A stretch of 61,570 bases of DNA, filler included, from Sphacelaria rigidula (GCA_964200075.2; 9 parts of 9 records of this genome joined end to end with filler, not necessarily neighbours in it), one strand, 5' to 3'; counted from the first letter of the whole stretch, positions 11,856-25,182 are shown. Numbers and translations are program-made. Notes: a model not told the origin generated them from the sequence alone.

Positions 11856-12503
11856 ATACGTAGATCCCCCACCATAGTCTGCCTATAGGTTGCAATTGAT
11901 GCGCACAGCAAACCTATGACTCTCCCGTTGTGGCCGAAGCTTGAACTACAGTTTTTTTACGGACGTAAACAACGGTAAACGATAAGCACCGCACGCAACG
12001 ACGGTTGAACTCTCACCCAAGGATCGAGTTGTTAGCACCACACACTGCAGTTGCTTTGCTCGCACGCTGAAAATGAGCATACATGTGTTTCAAACCAAGC
12101 GAGCACGACTGGCAGTCATAGTGGCACACACCATGCTCACTGCTCTCTCCTGAACTGAAAGCACCCTTGATGAATGACACGTCCGGTGCATGAGCTATCA
12201 CGAGCTCCTTCCACTCTTTTCGTGGGGTGCATTACTTCCACCGTCTGCGCGGGGGGCGGTTTGGGCATTAGCGCGGGGTGCCTGTTGGTTAGCGGTAGAT
12301 GTGAGCGAGGGTACACAGGGCAGAAATGATGACCCATTGCGGGAGAGGTAAGAATTTCATTGCGCAGTAAAGATACTAGATCAATATCTGAATATTTTTG
12401 GTAGGCGTGTACACTGCATTTCAGTCTTCGAATATGCAACGCATGCATGATATCACGTGCTGCATCATTGTCTCCGGTTAAACTTGTTGCTTATTGATCC
12501 TCT

Positions 12504-12725
12504 TGTAATGCATGACGGACCGCGTGCTTGAAGACTGCATCGGAGTTCAAAACACCCCTGGACCGACGTTTTTCAAGACCGCCCGGGCCAGTCCCTGCAG
12601 GGAGCGCGCCCCTGACTCTAACCCTAACACTAAGTCTAACACTAAGACTAACAGTAACCCAACCATAGAGAGTGTTTGAACTTCGATGAGGTCCAAAAAC
12701 GTACGGGGTCTGCTCACGCATTACA
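12504..12725. mobile_element. MITE family B, second copy (opposite orientation)
   Basis: TGTAATGC...GCATTACA termini with internal CTAACC-type repeats. Confidence 0.7.
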
Positions 12726-12981
12726 CTTCCACCTGTCGTATCATATTCATACGATTTGTTTCGCGCAACGTTCGCTACTCACTGAAATCTCCATACATGA
12801 GAGCTGTATGTAAGCTGGGGTGGCCGACAAAATGTTTTTTTTGGGGGCAGGGCATCCGGGTAGGGGGAGGTCGGCGAAAATCAAGGATGAATAACACCCC
12901 CCGAGTTCAAGTTGGATCTGTTATCTTTGCCGCAACGCACCGTCCTTGCTGGCATGTGTGCGACAGAAAACAGTAGTAGCG

Positions 12982-13257
12982 GTGTGTGTTGTCGTCCCAT
13001 TTATTCTGGGCGCCAGTCTACCCCTTTCGGGATATGTGGGCGCATCAGCCGGGGTCACACAGGAGGAAGGTCAACACAGGAGCTTTTTCTTCTTTTTTTG
13101 TTTTTAGTATCCCACCTTCCTTCTGCGGTGCTTGCCTTTTGAAATTTTTATCGAGAGAGGGGATCAGCCATCCCGTTCCCTCGTCGACCGTTAAGTCGAA
13201 TTTTGTGTACCCACGACATAGTCGCTCTTCACTGTTGGGCATGGTGTAAGAAAAAAG
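12982..13257 (-). mobile_element. SINE copy lacking the tRNA head
   Basis: Colinear with 1295-1567. Confidence 0.75.
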
Positions 13258-13606
13258 CGGTGACGGGAACATTGTCGTGTTTTTCAACATGTTTTTCAGC
13301 GCACAGAGGCGCGTCCTGTCCAAAAGGAGAGGCAGAGAGAAATCGATCTTCGCATTCGTGAGCTCGACAGACAAGAAGAGACGGAATCTCTCCGCACGTC
13401 GATGTTCTGGCACACAACACCATTGGCACATGCTGGTTTGATAACATCGATGATGCCAGTTTCTCGAGCGATTGGTAATCGCCAAGCGAGGACACACAAA
13501 GGACACGGGCGTGGAGCTTACTCTCTGTCGTTGCTTCTCTCTCTGGTGATATCGTCATCGACACGCACCCCCGTACTCGTTAGGTGCGCCTAGCCACAGC
13601 TGCTGA

Positions 13607-13706
13607 NNNNNNNNNNNNNNNNNNNNNNNNNNNNNNNNNNNNNNNNNNNNTTAATTAATTAANNNNNNNNNNNNNNNNNNNNNNNNNNNNNNNNNNNNNN
13701 NNNNNN
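13607..13706. other. Artificial contig spacer
   Basis: N44-TTAATTAATTAA-N44. Confidence 0.98.
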
Positions 13707-13785
13707 GTCCCGGCTTTGTAGGGATGCGAGGTCAATGGTCTGATTGATGACTATGGCAAGCATGATCATGAGTACACCCCCCCCC
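13707..13785. repeat. Right end of the 3986-family element at contig start
   Basis: GTAGGGATGCGAGGTCAATGGTC...CATGAGTACACCCCCCCCC. Confidence 0.8.
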
Positions 13786-13970
13786 AGTCCGTTGGGCAAT
13801 GTTTTTCGCCTAGCTCTGAGGAAACTAGACTAATTTCCCGATTCGGGGGAGATGCGGGAGCCCCCGATCTGAGTAGAAAGGTGATGAACCAAAAGTCAGC
13901 TTCCAGAGAATCGGGAAATTAGTCTAGTTTCCTCAGAGCTAGGCGAAAAACATTGCCCAACGGACTGGGG
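13782..13970. repeat. Perfect 63-bp inverted repeat with a 63-nt loop
   Basis: 13782-13844 is the exact reverse complement of 13908-13970. Confidence 0.9.
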
Positions 13971-15434
13971 TCCGAAAAATCAACCGACGGGAGAAAATCG
14001 GATTTATACGGGCTGAAATCCTCAAATTTGTACCAACATGGATTGGTTGCCATACAAGATGATCCAAGACTTGGCCTCACAGCCGTTGCAACTAGATGTT
14101 TTACACCGACGAAGTGAACAGACTGTTGAATGTTTTAAATTTCTGTTCGCGGTGCTATTTCGACGACGGGCTTTTGTCCGTTGGTGCTTCAACAATGTTC
14201 GGTTTTGACCCGAACGGCGGACTACGTGGTCAATGTACCCCGGAAGAACGTTGAAGTCCATACTTGTAAAAACGAAAAAATGACGCTATCTCTAATCGGT
14301 CACTCCTGCAGTATTCGCCGAAGTTACAGAAATCCATTGGATACGGACGCAATTAGAGAAAATGAGCCATTTTTTGCTAAATTATTACTTTTATTACGCC
14401 CCCACGCTGGCCTGTCAGCACCACTTGCACCGTCAGGTCGGAAACATGCGAGCTCGATCTCCGGTAGGTGTGTTCATTTTTTATTGTTTTGAAGTACCCA
14501 AAGTCCGTCGTTGATAACGTGAGAACATGACAACAGTAGCAAAGGTAGTTCATCTACTGTAACGAGAATCAGCACGATGCGGAAGGCTGACCCAATGTCG
14601 GATACCAAAATGCAGTACTTGTACCGAGGGAGAGATGGGTTGGTTTCTGGAGACCACGGACTTGTCCTGAGGAAGAGGAGGGATTGGAAATGTGACGAAG
14701 AAAAAAAAGGAGGGAAATTTTATTACTGTGACGCCACATTTGGAGCAGTTTAGCCGTCTGACAGCCCCAACGAAGGTGGGTAAGGGGCTGGCTGGTGCGG
14801 ATGCAGGATATACTGAAATCAAAATATGTATCGCACGAAAGCGAATATACAGTTGTCCCAACTTGTACCGCGCTACCATTAGGAGCGAGTGACGGACTGT
14901 AGTGCACGTGGAACATCACAATTACCTGGTAACCCGACCTTGTCTGACTTGCGTAGTTTTCGTACAAAAGCATGAACGACAGCCAGCAGGGACAACATTA
15001 TTCGATGTAAAGTCGACGGACTGTGGGAGTGGTCACCAATCAATGCTCGAGAATGAGGTGTAAGGTAGGTAGGCACCTTGGAAGATGGAAGAGATGGGTA
15101 GATAAATCCCTTGATATCTTCAGGATCACCCTGAAAATGGGAGCGATATCGAAGGTGTGATGCAAGAAAAAATGGGGCTGCTTGCTGCAAGGAGCGAGGG
15201 GTGTAATCAATATATCTCTGCTGGTATGTGCGTAATTTGGCCTTCTAGCTGGAATTTTTATTTTACTCAAAGTATCGCCATTCAGTTAATGTCTTGAGGA
15301 TTTTCACATACAAGTACATACTGTCCGTCCACTTTGATGAAGTGGTTCGACTCGTTGTCTACGTGACTGAAGGAACATTGTCGCATGCCAATTGTCCATC
15401 CGACCCATCCCGTGCGTCGCTTTTGTTGTGCAAG

Positions 15435-15562
15435 GGAGGGGAATACAAGAATGTAGTGGTTTGGCTTCATGGTCTGGGCGATACCGCGAGTGGCTGGTCA
15501 TCTTCCATGCCCGAATTCGGGATGACAAACACAAAATACATCCTACCCACGGCGTCGAACAG
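15435..15562 (+). CDS. Acyl-protein thioesterase / lysophospholipase (APT1/LYPLA-like), first visible exon
   Basis: GGEYKNVVVWLHGLGDTASGWSSSMPEFGMTNTKYILPTASN (HGLGD motif); GTGAG donor at 15563. Confidence 0.9.
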
Positions 15563-16900
15563 GTGAGCCCCCCTCCACGCCCCCTTTTTCATAAACTCAA
15601 CTTTTTAGTGTCCCCTCACCAGCCATTCTGATATTCCCATGTCAACAATAAAAGGGAGTCCTATCAAGTTTCTCTTACTTCCGAACTTTACTCAAGCTTG
15701 TTGAATATTTTATGTGTGGGGTATACTTGATCGATTGATGATCGGCTTCATTCTAATTGTCGCACATTAGCTGATCTACTGCTACCAATCCAGCCGCGGT
15801 GACAAGATGAACGTACCCAGGCTACTGCATGTAAACCGAGCCCTCGCTGCGGAAACTCGAGACAGGGGGACGAAGCTGGGGAACAAACGAGAGAGCAAAC
15901 ACATCGCTCCTGGATTAATATCGTGAACTTTATCAAGCAATCCGCAAAGGTGATCCCTCTGTTTGGAGATCTCTGGTATCTATCTACCTGATCGCTTTAC
16001 CCCATGGCCTTCCCTCGCATCATGTTTCGGCCAAAGACGAACAGCTCCCATCATGGCCGAAATCCAGCTCATAGGGAGTCGGGGGCAGCCGCAGCTGTAG
16101 CAGTGCCCGCTGCAGATATTCGTTATTTAAGACGATTTTCCATTCCCCGATCTATTTCTGTGGGGTGTATGGGGTGGTCTGCAGACAGGTCGGCAGCTCC
16201 GCAGATCTCTCCGCTCTTTTTAGCGTATGTGGATCCCATAAGCTCGATCTCTAGGACTCGCGATCAAAAATGCTGTCAGCCCTTAGTACGTGTACATCCT
16301 TCAACTCCGAATGCCGTAGCAAGCGACTCTTTCACATCTGAGTCAACTTGAGGTGATGGAGTCTGTTGACGTCTTGTGAGCTTACTACGTTGGGTTTAGA
16401 GTCGCGCTTTTCCTCCTCTCCCTTTGGACTGGGAGAAAAATTATACGGGTGTGGTTCCGGAATTGAGAGATACGCGCCCCGTTGGTTGTTACAGCTGCGT
16501 GAATGCATGGCACACGATTCATGTTAATGTCTCATGCAGCATAGTAGCTTGCACATCAGAACTTCAAGTTCAAGAGCAAGCACTATTTTACTTCATCCTG
16601 CCCTGTGCTACATATGCATACATGAGCCTTCCGTTGTTTGTTCTCCTTCCATTTTCCTTCGTTTCTCGTCAAACCATAGCGTCACAAAATTTCGTTTTCG
16701 CGGATTGATTGCCTCGAAGTGTCCATTGCACTATATCAGTCATCATCGTGTACCTCGTCCTCCTCCTCTTCCTCCTCCCTCTGGATACAAATGGCCCTTT
16801 TCTTGACCCCTCAAAACCGTTAGAAACCATGTGGTGATCAATTCCGTTTCGTTCCACAATATCCCTTCATTTCATTTTTTTTCTTTTGCTGTATCATTAG

Positions 16901-16985
16901 GGCGATAACTCTAAATGGGGGAATGCAGATGCCCGGATGGACAGACATCACGGGACTGAGCGATGACGCTTCAGAAGATGTTAAG
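16901..16985 (+). CDS. APT1/LYPLA-like exon
   Basis: TAG acceptor; (R)AITLNGGMQMPGWTDITGLSDDASEDVK; GT donor at 16986; phases match the neighbouring exons. Confidence 0.9.
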
Positions 16986-17818
16986 GTACTTGTGACTGAC
17001 TGCTCAACGCCGATTGGTTTCGCTGATATTCCTCATATATTCGACATGCGAGATACGTATATGGATAGATACCAAGGATGTGTTTTGCAGGGTATACCGT
17101 AGAGAATACGACCTTACAAATATCCACCATGTACTGGTGATGTGAAGATGGCTGGATCCTTGGGGGGTCAGTTGAAGTGCGACAATCAACCAATCAAACT
17201 GGTATAGGTGTATTATAAACGTGTGTATATTTTTGACAAAATCTCTGGGCTTGCGATGTGGGCGTTATGGTCCGGGCTTCGTTTTCGATTTTTTGCGTTG
17301 CGAGGACACACAACCAGTACACAGCTTGTTCCAGTCCATTTTTACTTTTTTTAATCAAGTGACACGGGAGACATCCATGAGGCACACGGCACCAGACGAG
17401 TGAAGCGAGGGCCATGGTGTGTATTGTGGTGCATATCCTGATTCTTCCATGTGTACATTGCTTGTCTGCGACTTGTCTGGGGTCGTTGACGATCCGTCGT
17501 TGTGTATGCGTATGTTTTGACACGACGAATGTGATGTGGTTCTTCTAGTAATTGTCCACCTTCTGTCTCACTTCGTGTTGGAGGCTTTGACCTCCCAAGC
17601 TTGTCCATCTGTCAAACCATCACTGTGTTTACTTTACTTGAGCAGGTGAGAATGGTTTGATCTCCCGAAAACCAAGGGTTCATCCGGAAGGAGGGGAGGG
17701 GCTGGAATGAAAGTGCGGCGAAATATATATTTGTATCCGTATCTACGGGCACTCAAAGGGGTATCTCTTAACCGATTCCATCTTGCTCTTCGTAAAAACG
17801 ACCAACAACGCTCAACAG

Positions 17819-17969
17819 GGATTCACCGAGAGTGCCGCGCGCGTGCAGTCAATTTTGGAGTCGGAAAAGGCCAAGGGCAAGGACGTGTCGAGGATGGTGG
17901 TCGGAGGTTTTTCGCAGGGTGGCGCCGTTGCTCTTCATGTGTGCCTTCGATCCAGCGAGAAACTTGCAG
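17819..17969 (+). CDS. APT1/LYPLA-like exon with the catalytic Ser
   Basis: GFTESAARVQSILESEKAKGKDVSRMVVGGFSQGGAVALHVCLRSSEKLA (GxSxG motif); CAG/GTAGG boundaries. Confidence 0.92.
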
Positions 17970-18152
17970 GTAGGATCTTGGGTGGGACAAGCGACCGCGT
18001 CAATCAATACACGTCGAAATCTTCACCCCAATTTTGGTTGTTTTTGTAGGAGAGTTTACCGGCGTTGGGCTACAAATGTTCACGGTTGATATTACTTGAT
18101 TTGAGTGTGAACAACGATAATCGGAATTTTAGTGGAACTGACAATCCCGTAT

Positions 18153-18320
18153 GCTCCTCGCGTTCGCAGAATGCGTTTTCGTTCAAATGGGCGCCACAGG
18201 CGCCGATTTGGGGTTCACCAACGCCGCACTATGCCTAGGGAATGTATGCACCGCTGTTGCGCGAGGGTTCTCGGTATGTGGTGGTTTGGGATTAGGGTTA
18301 GGGGTAGCGATACTTGTAAG
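18153..18320. repeat. Dispersed repeat ending in telomere-like units
   Basis: CCTCGCGTTCGCAGAA...CGAGGGTTCTCGGTATG...GGGATTAGGGTTAGGGG; related copy at about 32992-33140. Confidence 0.55.
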
Positions 18321-18437
18321 AATGTGTCAACCTTGGATATTTGTAGCCCAACGCCGGGAAACTAGCCTCTGTTTTTGTGTGTGTACTGTATATGATGGCT
18401 GTTTATTTGCCAGTGATTTGGGGGCGCAATTGACACA

Positions 18438-19099
18438 GGCTGGTTCACGCTTTCGACCTAAACTTCGCCAATCCAGAAATGCCTTCCGCGACACCCACCG
18501 AATTGCGTGGTATCACACTCACATCCATGGACAACTGAACAGGGTGACATAGCCGGAGTTTTGTTTAAGACCATATTGATGGCGTTAAGGACCAAAAAGG
18601 GGTAGAAAAAGGTACCCCGACCAATCAGCGGCCTTGAAATTACTCTCTGATTGATTGGTTGATTGTCGCACTTTAACTGCCCCCCCCACGGGTCCAGCCG
18701 TGGTGGTCGCAACTTTGAAATATAACGATGTGAATTCCCAACCCAAGCCTACCCAATCTCAACATGCTTCACTTTGTTGTAACCGCCATCAGCTCGGAAA
18801 TCCGACGGAAAACCATATTTGAAGACGATTTCCATGGGATCGAATCACAACCCAAGCCGTTGTATTTCGGGGATGTGGGGTTTTGGCGCCGTCGGATTTC
18901 CTCTGATGATGTGCACCCAAGACCCAGAGAGCCTCCAAATAGTTCGTGTGTCATATGTCGCAGGAAAGCTCTGACCGCCCTCAAACTTGGCAATTCGGTA
19001 TGTATTGATAATATAAAATAATTATTAGAGAAAAACGCCCGATGGTAAATGTTACCTTGTGCGGAGGAGTGAATTTTGGGTCGAAAGCGTGAACGAGCT
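18438..19099. mobile_element. Intronic MITE-like element (~660 bp)
   Basis: TIR GGCTGGTTCACGCTTTCGACC / GGTCGAAAGCGTGAACGAGCT. Confidence 0.65.
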
Positions 19100-19352
19100 T
19101 TTTTTTTAGCTTTTTTTGGGAGTGGGGGAGGGGGGAACATGACTTGGTTCGGCCACATATGTGATGATGGTGTACGGTTTCTGTCTGTTCCTATCTCGAT
19201 TTTTTTGTTTCTTTTGCCGTTTTTTGCATGTTGACGGTTGGCAGTTAGCGACTTGCGATTTTTGCTATTGATATTTTTTGCGCTTTCTGACTTGACCGCC
19301 GTCGATGCTGTATCGTTGCCGTTCCATGCTCGACGTTGGTTCTGTGCCCCAG

Positions 19353-19491
19353 GGTGTGTCGCATGCAGCTCGTGGGTACCGTTGAGCAAAGACTACCCGG
19401 GGGCACTTAGTGCTGCCGCCAAAGATATCCCAGTTTCGCAATTCCACGGGACAAGGGACGAGGTTGTGCGTTTTACGTGGGGACAACGTAG
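19353..19491 (+). CDS. APT1/LYPLA-like exon with the catalytic Asp; final His exon not found in the contig
   Basis: (G)CVACSSWVPLSKDYPGALSAAAKDIPVSQFHGTRDEVVRFTWGQR (HGxxD motif); CAG/GTCAGT boundaries, phase-consistent. Confidence 0.9.
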
Positions 19492-20458
19492 GTCAGTTCA
19501 CGTCTATTCTACTTCGCTATTTTTCGTGTACATGTTTTGTTTCTTGCCTTCTTCTGCGGGCTGTTTGGGTTATGGGTGTGGGTGGTATGTTCCTTGCACT
19601 CTGTGACCACGGGTTCGAGAGATGGAGCTAATGTGACGGATGTAATAATAATAATAATAATTTCAACGCCGTTTATTAGTCACTTCTTGAGTAGGATTAT
19701 GTATGTGAGCGAAAATAACGTGCCCGTGCTTTTTAAATAAATAATTTTGTTGATCTTGAGAAAATGAATATCGCCTGGAAAACTGAGTCGCGACTGCTGT
19801 GAAAAGACGCACGACCGACACTTGCCTGCTTGGTGTTTTGTCAGGTATTTATACTTTTATCGAAAAAGCGGGTTGTGCCTCTTTAACGCAGGGGAAGCAT
19901 ACTGTGGATTGGTGCCAATTTGTAGCAGGTCGTGAACCTAGGTAAACAAAATAAGGAGCAGCTTTAATTTGCTTATCCTCGTCTGCTTAGTTTTTCTCGC
20001 CATTCGATATTCGATGTTTTCTTTCCAAGGCTGCAATATCGCGGATCGAACAATTTTGTCTCAAGTGACTTACAGTGACATCACTGTAGTTCGTTAGTTG
20101 TTTTCGCTTCTTGCTGTTCTCCAATCCTTTGCCGCCATGTCCGAGAATGTTGAGTATGGTGCTTGCACATGTTTGTGCTCCTCAAGCGTCATCTCGACGC
20201 GTGACTTGGGATCAGAAGTTACACTGAAAATCCCTCATATGCACTGATAGTACTGTGCCTACAGGACGGGACGATTTTCCGATCCGGGGGTGACGTTAAC
20301 TTTCGTTCTGTTCGGTATTTGCTTTGATGGAGACGGATTTGCCATTACCTCGTGCGGAATTTTCTTAGTATCTTTGGTCCCCACACTAATAACTCAATTC
20401 ATACCCCCCCCCCCCCCCACCCCCCCCCCCCCACCCCCCACCCCCCGCCGCCCCCACC

Positions 20459-20558
20459 NNNNNNNNNNNNNNNNNNNNNNNNNNNNNNNNNNNNNNNNNN
20501 NNTTAATTAATTAANNNNNNNNNNNNNNNNNNNNNNNNNNNNNNNNNNNNNNNNNNNN
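20459..20558. other. Artificial contig spacer
   Basis: N44-TTAATTAATTAA-N44. Confidence 0.98.
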
Positions 20559-20610
20559 GACTGTTATATCTTTTCCTTCTTTCTGGCAGGTCTAGGTCCC
20601 CCACCCGAGT
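20559..20610 (-). mobile_element. Short fragment of the same LINE family as 5062-6753
   Basis: RVGDLDLPERRKRYNS matches RVGDLDLPEVRKRFTS at about 5310-5357. Confidence 0.7.
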
Positions 20611-21135
20611 CTTCGGGGGGGGGGAAGGGGGTATCGTAGAAAGGCTCAGTACCAAGAAAATATCGGACGACTGAAACGCTATGGTGGATGAGAGACGGGA
20701 AGGAGGACGTTGTTGGCCGTAATCAAGTGTTGGTGGGGAAAAAAAAAGAAGGACAGCGACGCCCAGCCAACGCTCATAATGTGCGTAGTTTGCTCGAATG
20801 TGTCGACGCCGCTCCTCTTTTACCGCAGTGCGGATTGTCATGATCGTTTCATGCGTTGAAAGACAATCGAGGTCAGTCGTCCCTTTTAAAAAGTACAACG
20901 CTCAGGACACAAACAGAAACAGAAACAGAAACAAGCAAGAACATGAAACACTCGAAAAATGTCATATTCCAGTGTGCGTGTGCGTGTGCGTGTAAAGCAA
21001 ATCCAAAGGAGATACAGAGGACGAATAAATACACATGAGATAAGCTTCCACCCATTTCGTGTAGTACCAGGTACAAATAATATGAGCAGTATTCGTCCAG
21101 CGGGGGCGTACAAATCATGATGCCGTGTTCCTTAC

Positions 21136-21243
21136 CGTCTCCTCGAGCGCGAAGATGTCCTTGCTTAGCCCAGCTATTTCGTCGGGGTTCGCGAACCGGC
21201 TAGCCTTGTGGTTTTCCATCTGCTCACGTACCCGGTCGATTAC
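21136..21243 (-). CDS. Unknown protein, exon 4 of 4 visible
   Basis: TTCAG acceptor, VIDRVREQMENHKASRFANPDEIAGLSKDIFALEET, GTAAGG donor. Confidence 0.7.
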
Positions 21244-21361
21244 CTGAAGACAAAATAAGCAATCCAGAATGAAACAAAAAACAGGAACAAATGTAAAAAA
21301 ACAACAAAAAGTATAATAATATCACCTGTTCGTTGATAGAGTTCAAATGTAGCGACATGTT

Positions 21362-21498
21362 GTGTGTGTGTTGTCATCCCATCTATTCTGGACGTCGGTC
21401 TACACCTCTCGGTATATGTGGGCGCACCAACCGGGGTCACACAGAAGAAAGGCCAAAACAGGCGTTTTTTTTTTTTGTTCTCCACCTTCCTTCTGCTG
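21362..21498 (-). mobile_element. SINE 3' fragment
   Basis: Matches the tail region of 1295-1440. Confidence 0.7.
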
Positions 21499-22258
21499 TG
21501 ATTCAGTAAAGACCGACAGGCTGCGGGAGTGTTGAGGCATAAACCATTGAGCACATACATTGATGTTAGATATAGATGTCACTGAAAGCCTGTCAATATA
21601 GTAAATCAATGAGCACACACGTTGGTGCTTGATACCGGTGTAACCCTAATAATCTGTCAGCACAGCCGCTGTACAGATCGTGCTTTCAAAAAAAAGGAAG
21701 GCACTCTTGTTGCAAGCTTCAGGCACACGGTATGCATACCTGTCGACCGAACAACAGCTGCATGTCAATCGATCGTGCTAGACAAAGCACAAAAAAAAAA
21801 AGTGTCGTTCCACATATAGGCATGCATAAAAGTGAAACCCATAATAAAGACGCTGCCACGAAACACACAAATCGATCCCGTCTCAAGAGAGACATGCAAA
21901 AGCGTTGCTTTTTTGGCACCACATTAATTTCTACAATATTGACCGGGATACGTGATACAAAACCCCCTTTCGCGTAGGTTGGACATACCTCCAGGTGATC
22001 ACCTCTCAAGTGTTTTTGGCACCATATTAAGATCTAGAGAATTGTACAGCGGTGCCTAGTATATCACCCTACCCTCCGAGTTCCCAGAAGTGATCACCGG
22101 CGGTTCGTATATTCTTGTCCACGTGATCAACACGACACAGTGACCATTTGACGGTTCGAACGAATCATCGCCGATTCGAATCACCAAACCCCCGACGTTT
22201 CAGGCCTGGTTGCTTGGAAGAGATAAAAAATGTTGCCCGCAAGTAAAAAAAGTCTTGA

Positions 22259-22410
22259 CGCAATTTTTGCGCCATTACGTGCCTGGGCTGCGCGTACCTG
22301 GGCTGCAACGCTGAAAACAAAGTCGAAGGATTGATTCATACGGTACGAATCAAGTACACCAAACTCATTTAATTTCCAGACGGATCATTCATTTGTCCGA
22401 CCCTTGGACC
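22259..22410. repeat. Dispersed ~150-bp repeat (probable MITE with GGTCCAAGGG TIR)
   Basis: Colinear with 28427-28574. This copy ends CCCTTGGACC; the other copy begins GGTCCAAGGG at 28406. Confidence 0.65.
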
Positions 22411-23138
22411 ATTTCGGAAGCAACATATTTGGACGCATGTTTTCGAGCCCATTTTCACGTGATTCCCACCATGGTGGTGACGAAACTAATGCACGTAGCG
22501 GATACGAACAGGGGTCGGACACAACTGGTGAGGTTTTGTGCCATTTGGATTTCAGGATCGATTTTATTCCTACTTTCAAATCCAATGGTGACAGGACGAT
22601 GGCCATGCGATATTTTTTGTCAAGATAATGCACTTGTATTCGTATTTTCCGGCAAGCAAGTCAACCTCGCCTCACGGATCAGAGAATCGAAGACGGATTA
22701 TTATTCAGCGCGTCTGGAGCATATCGAGCAAGGATAACCCGAAAGGTAAAACAAAAGATATAAGAAAATAAGAACCCTTGTTCAATCATCCTATGCATTA
22801 GTCGAGCTTCTTGCCCCCCCCCCCCCCCCCCCCCATCCCCTGCGCACATTCCGTGTCTTACAACCTAAACTTACTTGCATACATTGAACTCTAACTAACT
22901 CACCGAAAAACAAGCTTATCTCATCCTCCTCCTGTCTGGACACGCACACCGAAATTACCCCAAGATACTGGTCACATTGAACGAACGTTTCGCGGGAACT
23001 CTTTCGAGAGAAAACATTTTGCTGCTCGCATACATCACACGCACCCCCCTTCCCCCCCTTCCGCGTCTCATGACTACGGCATGCAAGATCACGAATACCT
23101 CCCCCCCCCGTTTCCATTTAATCGGCGTTGGCTCTCAC

Positions 23139-23248
23139 CGAGAGTTGCCTATGAATATGACCAGGGACGGACCGTTCCTCCATGGCGGGTATCTGCTGTG
23201 CGACATCTTCCAACATGCGACCGTCCATGCTCCAGTTAGATCGTTCTC
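23139..23248 (-). CDS. Unknown protein, exon 3 of 4 visible
   Basis: (G)ERSNWSMDGRMLEDVAQQIPAMEERSVPGHIHRQLS; AAG/GTGAGA boundaries; phase 1 to 0 fits the neighbouring exons. Confidence 0.55.
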
Positions 23249-24965
23249 CTTGCGCAGGAACCAGCGAGCAGGTTCGTGGCTGCCGGCCCTCATTGCCGCT
23301 GTCGCTCTTGTCGCCGCCTGCTCCCGTGTGTGTGTGCGCGCGTGAGTTTAAGTTCATGCCGCGATAAAAAAAATGCAAATTGTCAGCACGCGTCGGGTAA
23401 GGCCGGGGTTCAGGTCAGGATGGGGGATGAAGTCGGTCGAGTGGGGAACGAAAACGCAGCAAGAGAAAGAGAGATAAATATATTTGTGCACCACGCCGAC
23501 GAAGAAGACCCCAAGCGATAGCGAGTCGTTTTTCACGTAACGGTCGTCACCTCAGGCCGTCGTCCAACACAGGGTAGCCGCGCATGGAAGGAAGATATCT
23601 TGACAGTAGTTTTAACGAAAGCTGGCGTACGGGGTGCAGCAAACATCTACGTTCCGCGTACAAAGTTGGGGGATGACAAAGGACACGCGTCTGCGGGTTT
23701 TTGTTTTCTCACGCTGCGGGGAACGACGCAAGCACCGTCGTTCAAAGTACTACTACGTAAACATCAGCGTTACTGCGTGAAACCCCCATGAAATTGACGT
23801 GGTCTTTTCTCGAGGCCGAACGGCTGACTGAGGAACACAGAAATGGGACACACAGCACCGAGCATGATCCCTGTCCCGTGGAAAGCACGAACGCGGTCAG
23901 CGAGCTGACAGCAAAAACAAAATCACAACGCAGGCCGGCTGTATTTTACACCACATACCGCCTGTTCTCATATTTTTTTCTTTCAATACGGATCTTTACG
24001 GCTATCCGCTAACCGCACCGTTCTTGACAACGCAGTTGGTCGGCCGAGTGCCGTACCAGTACCAGGGCACACCGGACCCTGCACTTCCACCATATATCGT
24101 CTACCCTAGGATTCCTGATTCAGGCCAGCACAACGGGCCCCGCACTACCACCACATGTGCATTACCCAAGGATTCCCAGTTCCGATCACCACACCCGACC
24201 CCGCATTATCAGCATATATCAATCACCCTAGGCTCATGGTTCCGGTGAGCTCTAGGGGAAAGTTACCCTTTGACTCAACCTGTATCGAGGTCAGGATCGG
24301 TGAGAATTATCTCAAAGCGTTGCTGCCACCGGGCTGACAAGCATGATCATGCAAAAGTCGAGACGATGAAAATCCGTCCCCCACCTGTGCCCCGTGAGAT
24401 CTCCCTCAACCTCGCTACGACGCAAAGGCTGAAGGTGATATCCGCGTCCAGGACAAAACTCCTCTTGATTGGCTACGTTTGAGCCGACCCAACGACACAT
24501 ACTCGTCGTACGAAATCCGCACCTTTTTGCGGCTTTTACGTGCATAAGGCATCCCCTCCGCCCCTTCCCCTAACCCTATCGTAGCAATCGATCCCTGAAA
24601 GAAAACACCGACAACAATACGCTTCCAAGGAAGTTTGGCTATCGCGGGCGCCTTGTCTGAGCTCTCGTTACAGAATCTAGGTTGAGCTCTAGCTATAGAA
24701 CTGAGGCTTGTGGAGGTAGCGTGGAACATATACGGGTTGCTGGTCTCAAAAGAGGGCGCGAATCTCTTCTCAAGGACCAGGCAGATCTAGTCAGTGGATC
24801 GTTGGCCGTGACAAGTGACTTCTCGCGGATTTTGTCCAAGGGACGGGATCGACGGAACTCCCGGGACGTCATAAACGTGCTCCCCAAAACCATTGAAAAA
24901 GAGCACGCACGAAACACAAGAACAACGGGGGGGAATGCCGCAGACAAGAAAAAATAAATCCTCAC

Positions 24966-25182
24966 CACTTCCTGCGCCTTCTTGTATCGATTCCAACACG
25001 GACGGCAGTTTGGCTCCCTTGTCATCTGCCCGGTTCGCATCGATCTGGGTCTCCTCCGCATCCGTGTCTGATGCTTTGGATACCCACGGAGTGGATAACG
25101 GCATCGGTAAGACCGCAGCGGCAACCCGCGCAGCGACTTCCGGGCTGAGGCCCATGTTCTCCGAACAGTCGACTGCCATCAT
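24966..25182 (-). CDS. Unknown protein, exon 2 of 4 visible
   Basis: CAG acceptor, MMAVDCSENMGLSPEVAARVAAAVLPMPL...EGAGS, GTGAGG donor; phase 0 to 1. Confidence 0.6.
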
